Of a stretch of 64,000 nucleotides of DNA, positions 61,986 through 64,000 are shown piece by piece. Under the pieces are notes generated by a model, which had not been told where the DNA came from, ran no database searches, and saw only the letters and a program-made list of their open reading frames with translations. A program made the translations under genes and the position numbers. Source of the stretch: Squalus acanthias. Lineage: Eukaryota. The first letter of the stretch is position 1. Every line of letters starts with the position of its first letter. The DNA is taken from positions 26,538,001 to 26,602,000 of the forward strand of contig CM059433.1 in NCBI GenBank assembly GCA_030390025.1, in the 5' to 3' direction.

Positions 61986-64000
61986 GGGCCAGATATTCCG
62001 ATCCCTACGGGTGGGTACGCGCTGTGTACCCACCCGTAGGGACATCGGAAATGCCGGTTTCAGGCATGCACTGCGCATGCGCTGGAAACCGGCATTTCCG
62101 ATCTGTGTAAGGGTTTCGTGCCTGTCTCTCAGAGACGGTGCTGGTGCGGGGTTAGGCCTTCGTTGCCCAATACTATTGCTTGCTCTGGTCTCCGGCCAGC
62201 CTTGTTGCAATAAGCACCTGTGAGTGGTTCGACCCACTCGCCCTTACGGTTCTAACACTGGACTTAGGTGCGAGAGCAGTAATGCAGAGAAAAACTCAAA
62301 TAGACCCGGTTGAATAGTACGAAATGGAAATCTTTATTGCATAGCGTCCAAGATCATGAAGTACATGTCATAGGCACAAATTAACGAGAGTACAAGCATA
62401 CATACATTGATAAAGCTTGGTCTATGGTAATGAAGAACGCACGGCACATCGTAAAAAGGGGAACACATTATACTTTATCCTTAATAAAACCACCCTCCCC
62501 TATCAATACCTACACTACATCTAGATTTGTAGGATCGGGAAACATGCTCACCACTCGTGATACTTCGGAGAATTTTAAAGTGAGGCGCTCGGCTCATTTC
62601 GCTGCAGCGCCTGACTGTCACGTGTTTTGAGGGGTCTCTGTACCCCACTTGTTTACTTTCGCTGCTGCTGCAAGCAGGCTGGGCTCCCCGCTGTCATGAA
62701 GAACTCGACAGTGCTCGGGCCCGGCTGTAGAACTCAAAGAAAAGTCTTCCTGGACCGACACCAGTTGCCGGTAGAATTCAAAGAAGAGTCTTCCTGTATC
62801 GACACCGGTTGTCGATAAAATTCGAGGAAGAGTCTATGACCAGTTCGTGCAGTAACTGATAGAGTTCGTATAAATTCGGCGCGGTCGGGGTTTACTGACC
62901 GCGGCGGCACGTGGATTCTTCTTCTTCTCTTCTCATCTCATCTCGTCTCATCTCTTCGGGCCTTCAGGTCCAAAACACCATTTACCGACACTCGGGATGG
63001 TGCACCCGGTTACCGGCCTTCGTCGAGGCGGCTCGTTCCGTTTGAGCTCCACCCAACATTCGAATAACCGACCAGTACGGCTAAAAGTCAACAAAGTCCA
63101 GAGAAGACACAAAGGCTGCTCGTCCAGCAGAGCGACACCCGAGGATCAGGATAAGAGAATAAAGAGTTCAGCAGTCAGCCGCGAGATAAGAGACCGATGG
63201 ACATTTGTTACCTATAGTTATAGTGCTGTGTCCCCTTATCTCCCGCTCAAATCTTAATGTTTGTCCTTTGTGAAATATTGGCGCTCAAAACTCCCAGCAT
63301 GGGGTGATTCTTGTCTTTAACGGGTTTCGGTAGCACCTGAGACTGGTCAACTACCCGTTAATGTCTTCCCCATTGTTGAACCGGCTCGGAGCCTCCCTGG
63401 CTGGGTTTTGGGGGCCCCCGAATACTTGTTTAATCACCCGAGAATGGCTCTCTCATTGTAGAGCCGTGGGGGTATTTGCGTATTGATGTGTCTGGATGGG
63501 CCTTCGATTGCCCAGTACAATGGTCCTTACTTGTGCATGGAAAATGATTCCAGCACTCATATCTTTTGCTATTGTCACAAATGCAAACAGGTTGCATCCT
63601 GTCTTTATCAGTGCTTATCGAAAAATGTTTATTCGAACGCCATCTTGTCTGCCCACTGTACTTCTGGAAACTTCTGCCACGATGCGCGGCGGCCATTTTA
63701 CAGGCTTCTGTGTCCTGTTTAATCATGACAGCATTTCGTTTAAATAAACTGATCAAACAAATCTGCTTCTATCTCGTTATTTCAAATCGCGATAATTGCG
63801 AAACTTTACATCTGTCAAGAAAGCTCTTGACAGATCCTCCACCTGCCCTGGAGAAGGGCCTCTGCGGGGGGAGAGTTCCGTTTTTTGGAGACCCTCCGCC
63901 CGCAGAAAACACTTACAATTCTTGCGCCTGGTAAACTGTTACTGCAGGCCTTCCTCCTCTTCTTAAAGGGGAGGGGCCTTGCGCAGCACAACCTGGGGCC
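61986..64000. mobile_element. Harbinger MITE (family A-related) split by a solo LTR; runs off the window
   Basis: GGGCCAGATATTCCG end. GATCTG|TCAAGA...TTGACAGATCCTCC rejoins across 62106-63810 as in 4342-4372. Confidence 0.75.
62106..63810 (-). mobile_element. Large solo LTR (1705 bp)
   Basis: TGTAAGGGTTTCG ... CGAAACTTTACA with perfect 4-bp TSD TCTG. AATAAA on the minus strand at ~62335. No gag/pol. CpG-rich. Confidence 0.85.

Noticed and set aside
62728..62835. 44-bp direct repeats resembling a CRISPR array
   Set aside because: Contiguous tandem units without spacers, inside a eukaryotic LTR, with no cas genes.

Overview
Eukaryotic, repeat-dense DNA. The repeat vocabulary (CR1/HER1-type and L2 LINEs, Deu-domain SINEs, Penelope pseudo-LTR fragments, many PIF/Harbinger families) points to a cartilaginous fish, probably a shark; this is inference from recalled family sequences, not a database result. 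I found no convincing host gene exon, rRNA, tRNA or CRISPR array, and most entries in the ORF track are transposon fragments or spurious frames. The window is a stack of nested mobile elements. It includes a structurally complete two-gene Harbinger (45929-51471; DDE transposase plus a convergent 3-exon Myb/SANT gene), a nearly intact orphan Harbinger Myb gene (12947-14837) with two internally deleted relatives forming a 3.15-kb quasi-palindrome (7699-10851), about ten Harbinger MITEs, a Mag-clade-like Gypsy provirus (24728-29786) and solo LTRs. The most interesting unexplained signals are two minimal (dimer-type) hammerhead ribozyme motifs in short TSD-flanked Penelope-derived inserts, a short telomeric-repeat insertion, a templated CR1 patch inside another LINE, a shared extended Harbinger target preference, a covarying MITE hairpin and an LF-SINE-like relic. 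None is shown here to be a new biological system; each is a testable lead. Coordinates of old fragments are approximate.
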